Shown: piece after piece, positions 38,792 to 48,106 of the stretch
Layout: every line of letters begins with the position of its first letter
Numbering within the stretch: position 1 is the first letter of the stretch
From: a virus
IMG/VR virus record: IMGVR_UViG_3300047494_000229
Coordinates: 1 to 64,000 of that record
Reading direction: 5' to 3' (one strand)
Length of the DNA stretch: 64,000 bases
The notes under the pieces: model-generated
What the model saw: the letters and a program-made list of their open reading frames with translations, nothing else
Databases searched by the model: none
Told to the model about the DNA's origin: nothing
Program-made: the position numbers and the translations under genes

Positions 38792-38847
38792 CTCTCACCC
38801 TGTAACATTGCGATCGCCAAAAGCGTGATGCCGCTTCATCGAATGAA

Positions 38848-39135
38848 GTGCGATCGCCTGCCACAGGGCAACTTAAAATCAAAGCAATGAAGTTCCTTAT
38901 TTGTAATCATCAAACCCCTGAACAAGTAGCCCAGATGTTGAGGGAGGGAAGGGCAGAAGAAGCGATCGCGCTTATCCGCCAAACCTACTTCTATAAATCC
39001 CCGTATTGTCCAAAATGCGGGGGGAAAATGCGAAAAGACAACAAAACTGGCATTTGCTCAAGATGCCAGAAAAATAAATTACCTAATTCAAAATACCGGA
39101 GGAAAGACCTGCCGGAGAATGAGTTGAGCAACTAG
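38848..39135 (+). CDS. small zinc-ribbon protein
   Basis: CPKCG...CSRCQ. Confidence 0.55.
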   Translation: MRSPATGQLKIKAMKFLICNHQTPEQVAQMLREGRAEEAIALIRQTYFYKSPYCPKCGGKMRKDNKTGICSRCQKNKLPNSKYRRKDLPENELSN

Positions 39136-39279
39136 ATTTGCTTTTTCGGGGTGTAGCCGAATGGAATTTTGGAAGTTAAAAATACTTAAAGCTACGAGAA
39201 ATCGTAGCTTTTCACTTTTGGTATCAATGCTGAGGGCGATCGCCTCCCCACTCCGGTAACATAAAATTTTACTTTCATT

Positions 39280-39513
39280 ATGAAACCTGAAACCATCCAA
39301 GCTATTACTCCTTTGTTCTTGGGGGCGATCGGGGGAGTTTTGGGACTTGCTGTAATTCTCTCGCCACATATCAGTGATGCAAAGTGGGCAGCAGGTTTTG
39401 GACTGGCAGGAACCGCGATCGCTGGGGCTTCTGGTTTAGCTCAAAATAGAAACGCTGAGTCTGCCAACATCCAAGGAAGTAGCGTTTCTATTGAAAACAA
39501 AACTGAAGATTAG
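39280..39513 (+). CDS. small two-TM membrane protein (holin-like)
   Basis: Two hydrophobic segments and a polar tail. Confidence 0.5.
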   Translation: MKPETIQAITPLFLGAIGGVLGLAVILSPHISDAKWAAGFGLAGTAIAGASGLAQNRNAESANIQGSSVSIENKTED

Positions 39514-39597
39514 CTATCAATTAACAGCTTGCTTTCCATCGCCAAATAGCTCAAGAAAGGAATAAAAATCTTTGTAATTCGTCGTTTAATAAAAAAG

Positions 39598-40005
39598 TTG
39601 AGCGCACGAATTCCTATGAAATTTATTTTATCTGTTTGTCTAACTGAAGATGTTCCAGCTATTAATTACATTCTTGAAAAGAGTACTTACGTATTAGGGC
39701 GGCACTCTAGCTGCGACATTCTAATTCTCGATCGGTTCCTCTCAAGGTATCACTGTACCTTGATTCTGATGGAACCAAGTAGTACTTGCAAACAGCCTTG
39801 TTACATAATCTATGATGGGCTGCTTCTATCGCAAGAGCGAAGTCGAAACGGGATTTGGGTAAATGGAGAAAGGGTAAAGGTGTTGCGGGAATTAAACCAT
39901 CAAGACGTAATTACTTTTGGCTCTCAGAGTTTCCCCAAAGCAATTTTCATAATAGATTCTATTGACAAAGACAAGGGGACTATCCCGAATGAATTTGAAA
40001 ATTAG
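39598..40005 (+). CDS. FHA-domain protein
   Basis: LGR...CDI....LSR.HC, SRNG.WVNG, LNHQDVITFG. Confidence 0.9.
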   Translation: MSARIPMKFILSVCLTEDVPAINYILEKSTYVLGRHSSCDILILDRFLSRYHCTLILMEPSSTCKQPCYIIYDGLLLSQERSRNGIWVNGERVKVLRELNHQDVITFGSQSFPKAIFIIDSIDKDKGTIPNEFEN

Positions 40006-40459
40006 CAATAAACAAAAATATTTAATATTGACAGTTCTGATTGTGATGGGGGCGATCGCCTGTCTCCAACTAAACATCAAAATATCCGGTGATTGGGTGG
40101 CGATCGCCGGACTGCTATTTGCACTTTGGCAAATTGTGATTGCCATTAATGGGGCTGAGGAAGGGCGAATTGATAAATTGCGGGAGGCGATCGCTAAACT
40201 GGAAGAAGCTTCTCTTAAGCGCGATTTTTATCACGATCAAGTACTTTCTCAAATCCAGAGGGAGTTGGTGATGCTGACTACTCAGTTTGAACATCATCAA
40301 CAAGCGCACGGACACAAGGGTTTGATTGAGGAAACGCTGAGAATAAAAGATGAGCTTGCTAGACTTGGGGCAGGTTTGGCAGGGTTGGCGCGATCAGCTG
40401 AGACAGTCCGAAGGTTGGAGAGACTTGAAGAAAAAATCAATGCGCTGCAAAATCCGTGA
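39989..40459 (+). CDS. membrane-anchored coiled-coil protein
   Basis: Two TM segments followed by a coiled coil. Confidence 0.6.
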   Translation: MNLKISNKQKYLILTVLIVMGAIACLQLNIKISGDWVAIAGLLFALWQIVIAINGAEEGRIDKLREAIAKLEEASLKRDFYHDQVLSQIQRELVMLTTQFEHHQQAHGHKGLIEETLRIKDELARLGAGLAGLARSAETVRRLERLEEKINALQNP

Positions 40460-40531
40460 TTTTGCTCAGGTCATGAGGGCGATCGCGTGTCTAGTATAGC
40501 AGCGACATGATTTTGGGTAATGGGTAAAAAT

Positions 40532-40690
40532 ATGCACATCAATGTTTCTACTATTCGCCAAGCTTTTCAGCTAGCTGCCACTTTTATTCTGGATATCGAA
40601 ACACTTTTTGGTGGTTCGGCTCCTGCACCTAGTGGCAACCTGCAAGCGCCAGAAGCATCGGCTAGCGCTAGTTCAACTGCCGCTCAGTAA
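40532..40690 (+). CDS. 52 aa hypothetical protein
   Basis: Manually translated MHINVSTIRQAFQLAATFILDIETLFGG...AAQ. Confidence 0.4.
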   Translation: MHINVSTIRQAFQLAATFILDIETLFGGSAPAPSGNLQAPEASASASSTAAQ

Positions 40691-40880
40691 TCCTTAATCC
40701 TTGTTGATGGGCGATCGCTGCTAGGCGTTCTATGTCATTAGCGATCGCCACTCCTACTTGTGCAGAAGTGATTGGCAAGATTTCTATAGCCAAAATCTTC
40801 GTATTCTACCCACCTGATAGATTTGCTTTTAAGGACTTTTTCTCTAGGTAGTAGAGACTTTTCAGTTAATAAGCTATAAA

Positions 40881-41777
40881 CTACATTCTTCTTTGAATTG
40901 CGGCATTAATCACTTCTTGACTACTAGAAGAACTGGTGATGTTTGCCAAATTCAGGAATAAGTTTACTTTATCCCTAGCCTGCTCAAATGTTAGTCTTGG
41001 CGGATTATTGATCACCAACTTGACTAAATCTGAGTACCAGTATCGGGGCGATCGCAAAGTCAACCCCGCATCAATAACTTTCTCGCGCCACCCATCTTCG
41101 GGCAGGATTTCTTGGTCTTCTTTCCCCAAATACCAATGTTTGCTAACTTGGGGCATCCAAGACCCCATATTCGCATCACAATACCTTAACCCTTTCACAT
41201 CCATGAAATCATATCCCATCGCCTTGATTTCTCTAAGAAACGACAATTCAGAAACCCCAGCAATATAAGGATGGCAGATGGGAAGAGTTAAAACTCCGTA
41301 GTCCTTTGCCAACTGCAAAGTTTTGAGGTGCTGTTTAACCGTAAACCGTTCAATAGGCGGTTCATTTCCAGTGATGCCCAAGACAAGGGCAAAATTGGGA
41401 ATTTTGGCAAGCCTCGACATAATGCGATCACTAATTGTCCATTTGCTGACACAAGTAATGAGCTTGGCGATAGGCGAAACTTTCTCAACCCAATGCCACA
41501 AATACTCATCAAGTACTGGGAAAAATGGATCTGTGATGGCTGTGAATCCAACGATATCCCCAGCCAGGATACCCCACGGAAAACTATAAAAACGTTCTTG
41601 CTCTTGGGGATTGTCCTTAATGAAGGGAGAAACATTAACAAAGCTACAAGCCTTGTTAATGCCCGCAATTGGGTTCTTATTCCACACCTCCCGACGGGTG
41701 TCATGCTCTGTTATAAAGCAATATTTGCAAGCCACGGGGCAAGCAGATTTGCCGACTTCAAAACGGAAGGATTGCAT
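40881..41777 (-). CDS. radical SAM protein (SPL-like TIM barrel)
   Basis: CPVACKYC (CxxxCxxC), TDPFF, VSKW, PICHPYIAG. Confidence 0.85.
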   Translation of the reverse strand: MQSFRFEVGKSACPVACKYCFITEHDTRREVWNKNPIAGINKACSFVNVSPFIKDNPQEQERFYSFPWGILAGDIVGFTAITDPFFPVLDEYLWHWVEKVSPIAKLITCVSKWTISDRIMSRLAKIPNFALVLGITGNEPPIERFTVKQHLKTLQLAKDYGVLTLPICHPYIAGVSELSFLREIKAMGYDFMDVKGLRYCDANMGSWMPQVSKHWYLGKEDQEILPEDGWREKVIDAGLTLRSPRYWYSDLVKLVINNPPRLTFEQARDKVNLFLNLANITSSSSSQEVINAAIQRRM

Positions 41778-42279
41778 CTAATATCTCCGAAAATACTGAA
41801 TCTTGATCAAGTTCACCATTGATGGTGATTAATTTGTTTTTTTGTTGCCAAAACTCTAGTAACGGAGGAAGGCGATCGCTCTCTAGCAATAGTCTTTCCG
41901 CGCTACTTAGTTCATCTCCTCTAGCTCGAATTTGACAACGTAATACTGCAATATTTGGGGAAATTTTAAGATAGATAACAAAATCTACCTCTTGAACGAC
42001 TTTGGCTTGATTGATATTGCGAGGAAAGCCATCGATTATCCAAGAATTTTTAGCACATATTGGCTTGGCTATTTCAATGGCGATCGCGTCTGGCAACGGA
42101 AGCCAAGTTTTACTATCGCCCCAATACGAACTAATTCTTTGGCTGAGTTCGGTTTTATTTTGAAATTCCGCTCTCACTAAATCCCCCATACTATAATGGA
42201 GGACTGTATAAAACTCAGATAGATTCTTACCCTGAGTGCTTTTTCCAGCACTGGGAAGACCTAAGAGAACTATCTTCAT
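41758..42279 (-). CDS. adenylate-kinase-family NMP kinase
   Basis: GLPSAGKSTQ P-loop, SMGDLVR, IDGFPR...QA. Confidence 0.9.
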   Translation of the reverse strand: MKIVLLGLPSAGKSTQGKNLSEFYTVLHYSMGDLVRAEFQNKTELSQRISSYWGDSKTWLPLPDAIAIEIAKPICAKNSWIIDGFPRNINQAKVVQEVDFVIYLKISPNIAVLRCQIRARGDELSSAERLLLESDRLPPLLEFWQQKNKLITINGELDQDSVFSEILDAILPF

Positions 42280-42443
42280 TTGTTTTTTGTAGTTAAACTA
42301 GCAACGGCGCTAGCGACCTCTGGATTTTTTGAAATCGTTTCCTTGTCTCCCTGACATTGACTACATCCGCAATCAGCACCGTGATCTTGCACGTTTGCGA
42401 TCGCTTCACAAACCTGCTTAATTTGATTAACTTCTTTTGACAT
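42276..42443 (-). CDS. 55 aa HxxxCxCxxC microprotein, copy 2
   Basis: MSKEVNQIKQVCEAIANVQDHGADCGCSQCQGDKETISKNPEVASAVASLTTKNK; ATGA overlap with the kinase gene; paralogue of 33410-33571. Confidence 0.85.
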   Translation of the reverse strand: MSKEVNQIKQVCEAIANVQDHGADCGCSQCQGDKETISKNPEVASAVASLTTKNK

Positions 42444-43638
42444 TAGCTATCTCCAAAATTTGTACAGGACTCATACCCACTGTTACTTGTAGTTCGGGAG
42501 GCAAGACATCCTGAAACATCGACAAAAAACAGTAGGCGCATTTTAAGCATTTATTCTTAGGGATATACTCACTCCAAACCATCCAGCTATTGACTGCATA
42601 TAAATCATTGGCTAGCCCAAAGCGCGGGTGTAGCCGAATGTTAGAATTTTCACCTGGTGGAATTGCGGGGTCTGTTGCTAGCATTCCCCCGGTGATAAAC
42701 CGAGCAAAGCTCATCTCGCCCCAAGAGGGCATTTTGTTATCCCAAGTGCGAATATTGATGTAAGGCATCCCCATGTCGGGAGCTTTTGGGCAGTTTGTGC
42801 AGCACAAGCTACACTGCGATCGCACTTCTACCGCGCATTTTTGATATCTTTCTGATGCTGTATGCACTTCAACTTGAAAGCCCAAATAACGCAGCAATTC
42901 CACACTATGCGGAACTGGCTGCACAAATTGAGCAGTTCCTGCACAAGAATCAGAAATAGGACAAGAATTGCAATCAACAAAGTTTGGCGCGTTGTAATAC
43001 GGCGAGAGCGATCGCTTTTTTTCTGACAACGCCGTAACCGCGCACTGGGTTCTAGTCCAATATGGGACTTTTAGCCATTGGGCTAATTCCCGCATATATC
43101 CTGATGTTGCCTGCGGGGTAATTTTGAGTGTTCGCATCCACTCTTGGTTGTCAGGTGCAGAGATACCCTGCATCCCAGCGTCTCTAACAACTTGTTCATC
43201 ACCACGGAAGCCACTTGAGACAACCGCGTGGCATCCCGCATCAACCGAACGTGTAAACATCTCTTTGATAACCCGTGGATCATCGTTGAGAGTGTGAATA
43301 ATTGGGCGAATATAGGCGATCGCCTTTGCTCCCGACTCACGCGCAGCACTCAAAGTCTTGTACCTTGATTCAGTTGGTGCTGGCTCCATCTCCTTGGGAA
43401 GGTGGGAGATGGAAGCAAATACAAACAAGTTTAAATTAGCTGCCCAATATTTCAAGCGCTCTCGCCACCAAGGGCTAGACAAATCGCCTTTGGTAATCAG
43501 GGCAACTGGCCCCGTATGGTGATCGCTCACCAATTGATTCAATTTAGCTGCTGTACTTTCCCTCAAAATAGAGGGATCAGCCAAATTATTTACACTGACG
43601 GGCAAATCTCTGAGCAATCTTAGCCATTCTTCCTGCAT
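42427..43638 (-). CDS. radical-SAM-like barrel protein with C-terminal Cys clusters
   Basis: ADP, LITKG, SIS.LP..MEP, IAYIRPII..LND; no N-terminal CxxxCxxC; CNSC..C, CSLCCTNC and CLKCAYC in the C-terminal half. Confidence 0.65.
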   Translation of the reverse strand: MQEEWLRLLRDLPVSVNNLADPSILRESTAAKLNQLVSDHHTGPVALITKGDLSSPWWRERLKYWAANLNLFVFASISHLPKEMEPAPTESRYKTLSAARESGAKAIAYIRPIIHTLNDDPRVIKEMFTRSVDAGCHAVVSSGFRGDEQVVRDAGMQGISAPDNQEWMRTLKITPQATSGYMRELAQWLKVPYWTRTQCAVTALSEKKRSLSPYYNAPNFVDCNSCPISDSCAGTAQFVQPVPHSVELLRYLGFQVEVHTASERYQKCAVEVRSQCSLCCTNCPKAPDMGMPYINIRTWDNKMPSWGEMSFARFITGGMLATDPAIPPGENSNIRLHPRFGLANDLYAVNSWMVWSEYIPKNKCLKCAYCFLSMFQDVLPPELQVTVGMSPVQILEIANVKRS

Positions 43639-44087
43639 AATTTAAAAGACTCCTTTGGATATACAAGACAATGTGGGTCGCTGAAGGGGATGAACGGATT
43701 GTGCAGGCTCTCAACCACCAATCCCTCATTCCCTGATTTAAATGTGTGGAGTATCCCCCTTGGCATCCACACCCGGATACCGGGATGGAGAGGATAATGC
43801 AGAATATTTTTGTCTCTATAACAGACAAACTCGCCACTACCTTCAAGGACAGTTACTCTGCGATCGCTCTTGGGATGAGTGTGGAGGCGATTATCTTCTG
43901 TCGATTCCGGGGGGAATCGGACAATTAGCTGGCCCAACTCTCCCCACACTGCCTTGATTAGCAGGGCTTCCATGTATTCTTCGTAGGCTACCCAATCGCC
44001 TTGAGGGATTGGCGCACAAGAAAGTTCAACTTTTTCAACGCCGCCACGCTTCCAATTTTGACGGCATTGTTCAGCAAAATTAATCAA
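43620..44087 (-). CDS. cupin-domain protein
   Basis: LHTHP....VTVLEGSG and LHPG..VWMPRGILHTF cupin motifs. Confidence 0.85.
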   Translation of the reverse strand: MINFAEQCRQNWKRGGVEKVELSCAPIPQGDWVAYEEYMEALLIKAVWGELGQLIVRFPPESTEDNRLHTHPKSDRRVTVLEGSGEFVCYRDKNILHYPLHPGIRVWMPRGILHTFKSGNEGLVVESLHNPFIPFSDPHCLVYPKESFKLCRKNG

Positions 44088-44144
44088 AATTTACTCCTTT
44101 GACCGCAAATGGAATAGATTTTTCTCTATTAATTAAATCCACTC

Positions 44145-44396
44145 TTATCTCCAAACAAAATAAGTTTTCTTAATATCATCATCACTTCCCTCCACGAATT
44201 CTTCTTGTCTCTTGCTTGAGAAGCTGTGCAGACTTAACAACAGCGTCCCGATCACACCTTTTCTGTGCTGCTGCTGAAAACTGCGCCACTGAAGGCGGTT
44301 TTGAACTCTTTCTCTAGCATCAATAAGGTTATTTGTATCTTGGTAGTTCATTTCTGCTTCTACTTCAGCAAGTAAATCAGTAAAAAAATCAGACAT
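44145..44396 (-). CDS. hypothetical protein
   Basis: 83 aa, overlaps the HNH gene. Confidence 0.5.
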   Translation of the reverse strand: MSDFFTDLLAEVEAEMNYQDTNNLIDARERVQNRLQWRSFQQQHRKGVIGTLLLSLHSFSSKRQEEFVEGSDDDIKKTYFVWR

Positions 44397-44829
44397 TACG
44401 TACTCCTTCGCTTAATAATTTAAACCCTAACTTCAATCGCTCTTCCCATTTCTTGGTAGCGTGGTTATCCCAGACTGGGTTGCTTTTACTCTTAATCCAG
44501 TTTTCGCTTTTGTGACTGCGATCATGGCAAGCTTTACAAAGGGGGAAAACAGTAACACCAGGGCGATCACTCCCATACTTTGTGTGATGAACTTCAGTTG
44601 AATTTCGCTTCAGGCAACAACAGCAAAAACCTTTAGTGGACTTATGGGTGATCGCGCACAACTGTTTATATTTTTCTAAATCCCCATAGCGATCGTCCCA
44701 GCTTAATCCAATCCCAGTTCTTTTAGTAGATACTCTAGCCCTCGGTCGTTTAGTTGTTTTCCTGTTAGCTCTTCCCACTTTGCCCTTACTTGTTCTCGGT
44801 TTGGCAATTGAAGTTGTGCGTTTAGCCAT
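44389..44829 (-). CDS. HNH endonuclease-like protein
   Basis: CCCC....TEVHH..Y......PLCKACHDRSH. Confidence 0.75.
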   Translation of the reverse strand: MAKRTTSIAKPRTSKGKVGRANRKTTKRPRARVSTKRTGIGLSWDDRYGDLEKYKQLCAITHKSTKGFCCCCLKRNSTEVHHTKYGSDRPGVTVFPLCKACHDRSHKSENWIKSKSNPVWDNHATKKWEERLKLGFKLLSEGVRNV

Positions 44830-46163
44830 TGTTTGATTTCCTCAAGCCAGTCAGTACTAGGCTGTGGCGATTGTTTTTCCCTCTGTTTTTCGCTCGCCCC
44901 TGCCTTAATTTTGGGGATAGCTTCAACAAAAGGCTGTCCAACATTAGGAATACAAACGCAACAACGAGCGTCCTTACCAATCCAATAATTTAAATCACTT
45001 TGCAAATCAGGAGCGATCACCTTGAATGGGAAACCTGGGTCTTGCACCCATTTTAAAGCTTCGTTGCCCACAACTAACCGAGTAGCCGAGTTGAGGTCAG
45101 ACCGACTAAATCCGTTAGTTGTAGACAAAGGAGACTGCCCAATTATTACCAGAGTGAAGTTATAGGCAGCTGCTTCCTTGAGGATGCGTAATGTCATTGA
45201 GCGAATCTCAACTGCGTCATCTTTAGGGATTATGTCGCCGTAACCTTTGCCTTCACCCCAGATAGAATCCCACTCGTCAATTATCAAAACGTAGCGTGGG
45301 AAATCAGGGTGCGAGATACCCTTCTCTTCAGCCTCAACACACTGCTTTTTCCGAATATCAAGCGCCTTAATAGCTGTCTCCACACCAGCTTTTACCTGCT
45401 CAAAGCCAATGAAGCTAGGTTTAATTGTCCATCTGGTTTTTGGGTATTTGGGGTCAATTAGGTTGGTTACGAGCTTGCTACCATTGTGAGCGATCGCCTG
45501 ATTGAGTAAATCTAGAATGCAGCTAAATAGTGTAGATTTCCCTGATTGCGAACCACCATCAATTTTTAAATGGTGATGCTTGCGGCGATCGGGGTCAATT
45601 TCTGCCATCTCTTCAACAAGCGCATAAATCCAATCCATGTTGGCCACAGGGTCGGGTTCTGGCTCGTATTCAACAGATTCAGGAGACGCATTGCTCGATA
45701 CCCATCCCGGAACAGAGGGGGAAGTGGGGGCATCAACAGTAACAGACGGCAATATCCCTTGTAGCCCAAACATAACAATCCATCTCTGCTGCTCATGCAA
45801 TGGTTTTTGAGCAATATAAGCTGCTAATTCCCTTTGCGCCTCCATTCGCTGTGTCGCCGTATTAAAAGTTAACTCTGATTTTAGCCCTTCTTTGAGCATC
45901 AAATTTTGAGCATCACTCAGTGACTGGTACAAACGTTCTTTTTTCTGACGCAGATAAGCACAACTTGTAAAAGCTGCCCCGCTAGTTACGCCGTAGAGCA
46001 TTTGCAGGAGTTTTGTTACTTTGTCTTGCTGAGGAATCAACACCGGAGAGAAGGTACAGGCGATCGCCCCTAGCGCCAATCCTCCCATAATTAAGCGTTC
46101 GGCGTTGACTTGGCGTTCAATTAAGGTTTGTAATCCCTGAAAAATATTAGTTGACTGCTGCAT
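44703..46163 (-). CDS. membrane-anchored FtsK/coupling-protein-like ATPase
   Basis: Two N-terminal TMs, GGSQSGKST Walker A, IDPK, LIIDEW Walker B, IIGQS. Confidence 0.8.
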   Translation of the reverse strand: MQQSTNIFQGLQTLIERQVNAERLIMGGLALGAIACTFSPVLIPQQDKVTKLLQMLYGVTSGAAFTSCAYLRQKKERLYQSLSDAQNLMLKEGLKSELTFNTATQRMEAQRELAAYIAQKPLHEQQRWIVMFGLQGILPSVTVDAPTSPSVPGWVSSNASPESVEYEPEPDPVANMDWIYALVEEMAEIDPDRRKHHHLKIDGGSQSGKSTLFSCILDLLNQAIAHNGSKLVTNLIDPKYPKTRWTIKPSFIGFEQVKAGVETAIKALDIRKKQCVEAEEKGISHPDFPRYVLIIDEWDSIWGEGKGYGDIIPKDDAVEIRSMTLRILKEAAAYNFTLVIIGQSPLSTTNGFSRSDLNSATRLVVGNEALKWVQDPGFPFKVIAPDLQSDLNYWIGKDARCCVCIPNVGQPFVEAIPKIKAGASEKQREKQSPQPSTDWLEEIKQWLNAQLQLPNREQVRAKWEELTGKQLNDRGLEYLLKELGLD

Positions 46164-46437
46164 AAACACCACACACCACGGCGATAATTGCAATTGTCCC
46201 AAGGGCGATCGCGGGAGCAAATCCTAAAACCATTTGCCACTGGTCAATATATGAATATCCTTGGTCATAGCGTTTACACCAGTTTTCATATCCAGTTACC
46301 AGAATACCGATAAAGCCCAAAACTAAGATTAATAATGCACCACCACGAGCTATTGGGAAAGCAGCGGCGATATAGCCGAATAGTTGAAATAGGGAATACC
46401 CAGTGAGCAACATTCCTCCCCAGAATAGTGTTTTCAT
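46147..46437 (-). CDS. three-TM membrane protein
   Basis: Hydrophobic 96 aa ORF in the ATPase operon. Confidence 0.6.
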   Translation of the reverse strand: MKTLFWGGMLLTGYSLFQLFGYIAAAFPIARGGALLILVLGFIGILVTGYENWCKRYDQGYSYIDQWQMVLGFAPAIALGTIAIIAVVCGVYAAVN

Positions 46438-46859
46438 CAGAAATTAATTATCTCCGCAGCCCGTTGCATCTCAGAGTCAAAGCCAGATAAATTTGCCTTA
46501 TTTTCAGCAACTCCTAGATGGAATCGGGTGATTGCCTTACTTTGCTGTGCATCGAGTTGCTGCACTTCCCTTTCAATTTTCATCATTGCTTTGGAATGCT
46601 CAACTCGAGTTTTGAGAATCGCAACCAAGTTGCCAGCAACGCGTTGTTGATGCCTGGAAAGCTGTGCCAATAACTGAGATTGTGCTTCTGTTCGCCCTGC
46701 CATCCCTGAAGCTTCCACTACAGTAGAAGCGTTGGTTTTAGTTGGCAGGACAGCGCGACTTGCTAGAAGGCGTTTTTCATTCCCGACAATCTTTGTGGGG
46801 TCAGACCCAGTACCCAAAGATGAGGAGCGATCGCCCCCACCGCCAAAAATACTTAACAT
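46437..46859 (-). CDS. coiled-coil protein
   Basis: Overlapping operon member. Confidence 0.55.
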   Translation of the reverse strand: MLSIFGGGGDRSSSLGTGSDPTKIVGNEKRLLASRAVLPTKTNASTVVEASGMAGRTEAQSQLLAQLSRHQQRVAGNLVAILKTRVEHSKAMMKIEREVQQLDAQQSKAITRFHLGVAENKANLSGFDSEMQRAAEIINF

Positions 46860-47146
46860 TGCCTCTCCTGTTGATGACTAAAATTTGAAATTCCTCGCAT
46901 CACTGAGAGCGTGACGCAAAATAAACCAAGAAGAATCATAAATGCAGTGATCGCCCCTATCCACTTAGAATCTGCCGTTGTCATTCGCTCCACTTGATTG
47001 GTCAATTGCTTCCTGTAATCGCTGGCGTTTACTAGGCTTTGTACGACTTCCATCTGTTCGGGCGTTGTTATTTCTCCCGTAAAAGATAACTGTCCGCTGG
47101 GGTGGAGCGTAAATTGGATTGCTTGCTGAGTTTTGACTTGCTCCAT
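46853..47146 (-). CDS. membrane protein
   Basis: C-terminal TM segment. Confidence 0.55.
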   Translation of the reverse strand: MEQVKTQQAIQFTLHPSGQLSFTGEITTPEQMEVVQSLVNASDYRKQLTNQVERMTTADSKWIGAITAFMILLGLFCVTLSVMRGISNFSHQQERQC

Positions 47147-47214
47147 AAATTAGAGATGTGGCGACAATTGCGAGTAAAAAGAAATGGGCGATCGCTATCG
47201 GTACAAGCCATTTA

Positions 47215-47697
47215 CTAGGCTGCGTTTGTGCCGATACTCGGGAAAATAGCTTGAGCGATTTCGTTACCGAGTTGGCGAAATCCCTCCGGATCTCCCTCGT
47301 AATCTTGGGCTAAATCTGCAAAGTATTGTACTGATTGGTTAGGAACGTTTGCCAAAGCATCAAGCATTTTTTGGGCTTGAGCTTGGCTGTATTGCTCTGC
47401 TCCCTGTTCAATAGCGTTGGTTAATTCGTTTAGATCAAGAGTTGTTTGGTGAGCAACTTTTTTGATAGCTGCGTCTAAATTGTTGGGAGACTTGGGCGAT
47501 CGCTTGCTCTTGGCTGTGGCTTTCCCGCTTTTGGATTGAGTAATCTTGCTATTACCGATTAAAGCGTTAGCTAAGTTAACTACCTCTGTATCGCCAATAG
47601 CGTCGGGGTCTATCCCTCTACTTTCAACATAATGGCGTAACTCTTCATCTGTTCTACTTACGCCATTAGACTCAAGAATTGCCTTTAATTTTTCCAT
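47215..47697 (-). CDS. hypothetical protein
   Basis: 160 aa, helical. Confidence 0.55.
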   Translation of the reverse strand: MEKLKAILESNGVSRTDEELRHYVESRGIDPDAIGDTEVVNLANALIGNSKITQSKSGKATAKSKRSPKSPNNLDAAIKKVAHQTTLDLNELTNAIEQGAEQYSQAQAQKMLDALANVPNQSVQYFADLAQDYEGDPEGFRQLGNEIAQAIFPSIGTNAA

Positions 47698-48106
47698 CTT
47701 TGAACCTGAAACTGGTTTGTGTAATTACTTTTTCTACCCAAAGCTGAAGCTCTTTTTCTGAGTAGGCTTTGCGTTTTCGCATGGGGCAACCGATTTCTGT
47801 GCCCCATCTGTAAATAGTTGCTCTTGACGGCGTTGGTGTCATGCGTTGCAATGACTCGTACAGTTGCTCACCAGTGCATCTGAGCTTGGGTAAATTTTGC
47901 TTAATAAAGGCGTAACGACGAACATCTGATAAGCGAATTGCTCCGTAACGGTTCAGCTTTCTTAACTCGGCATAGGCAGAAACTACGGGCAGTAGCTTCG
48001 TGTCAGACTCATCCTTGATCTGCAACCGCCCTTTAATTCGCCGCCAGGTGCGATCACTAAAATCTCCGTAAACTCTTTTGTATTCAAGGGCTAAAACTGA
48101 AGAAAT
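47672..48106 (-). CDS. putative HTH DNA-binding protein (possible ATT start)
   Basis: Frame is open to ATT at 48106 behind an AAGGAGGTG RBS; SDRTWRR and PSRATIYRW motifs. Confidence 0.55.
   Translation of the reverse strand: MSSVLALEYKRVYGDFSDRTWRRIKGRLQIKDESDTKLLPVVSAYAELRKLNRYGAIRLSDVRRYAFIKQNLPKLRCTGEQLYESLQRMTPTPSRATIYRWGTEIGCPMRKRKAYSEKELQLWVEKVITQTSFRFKDGKIKGNS

Noticed and set aside
40881-41777. Prokaryotic viperin
   Set aside because: Lacks the viperin-type CNYxCxFCF and GGEP pattern; motifs fit SPL-like radical SAM proteins better
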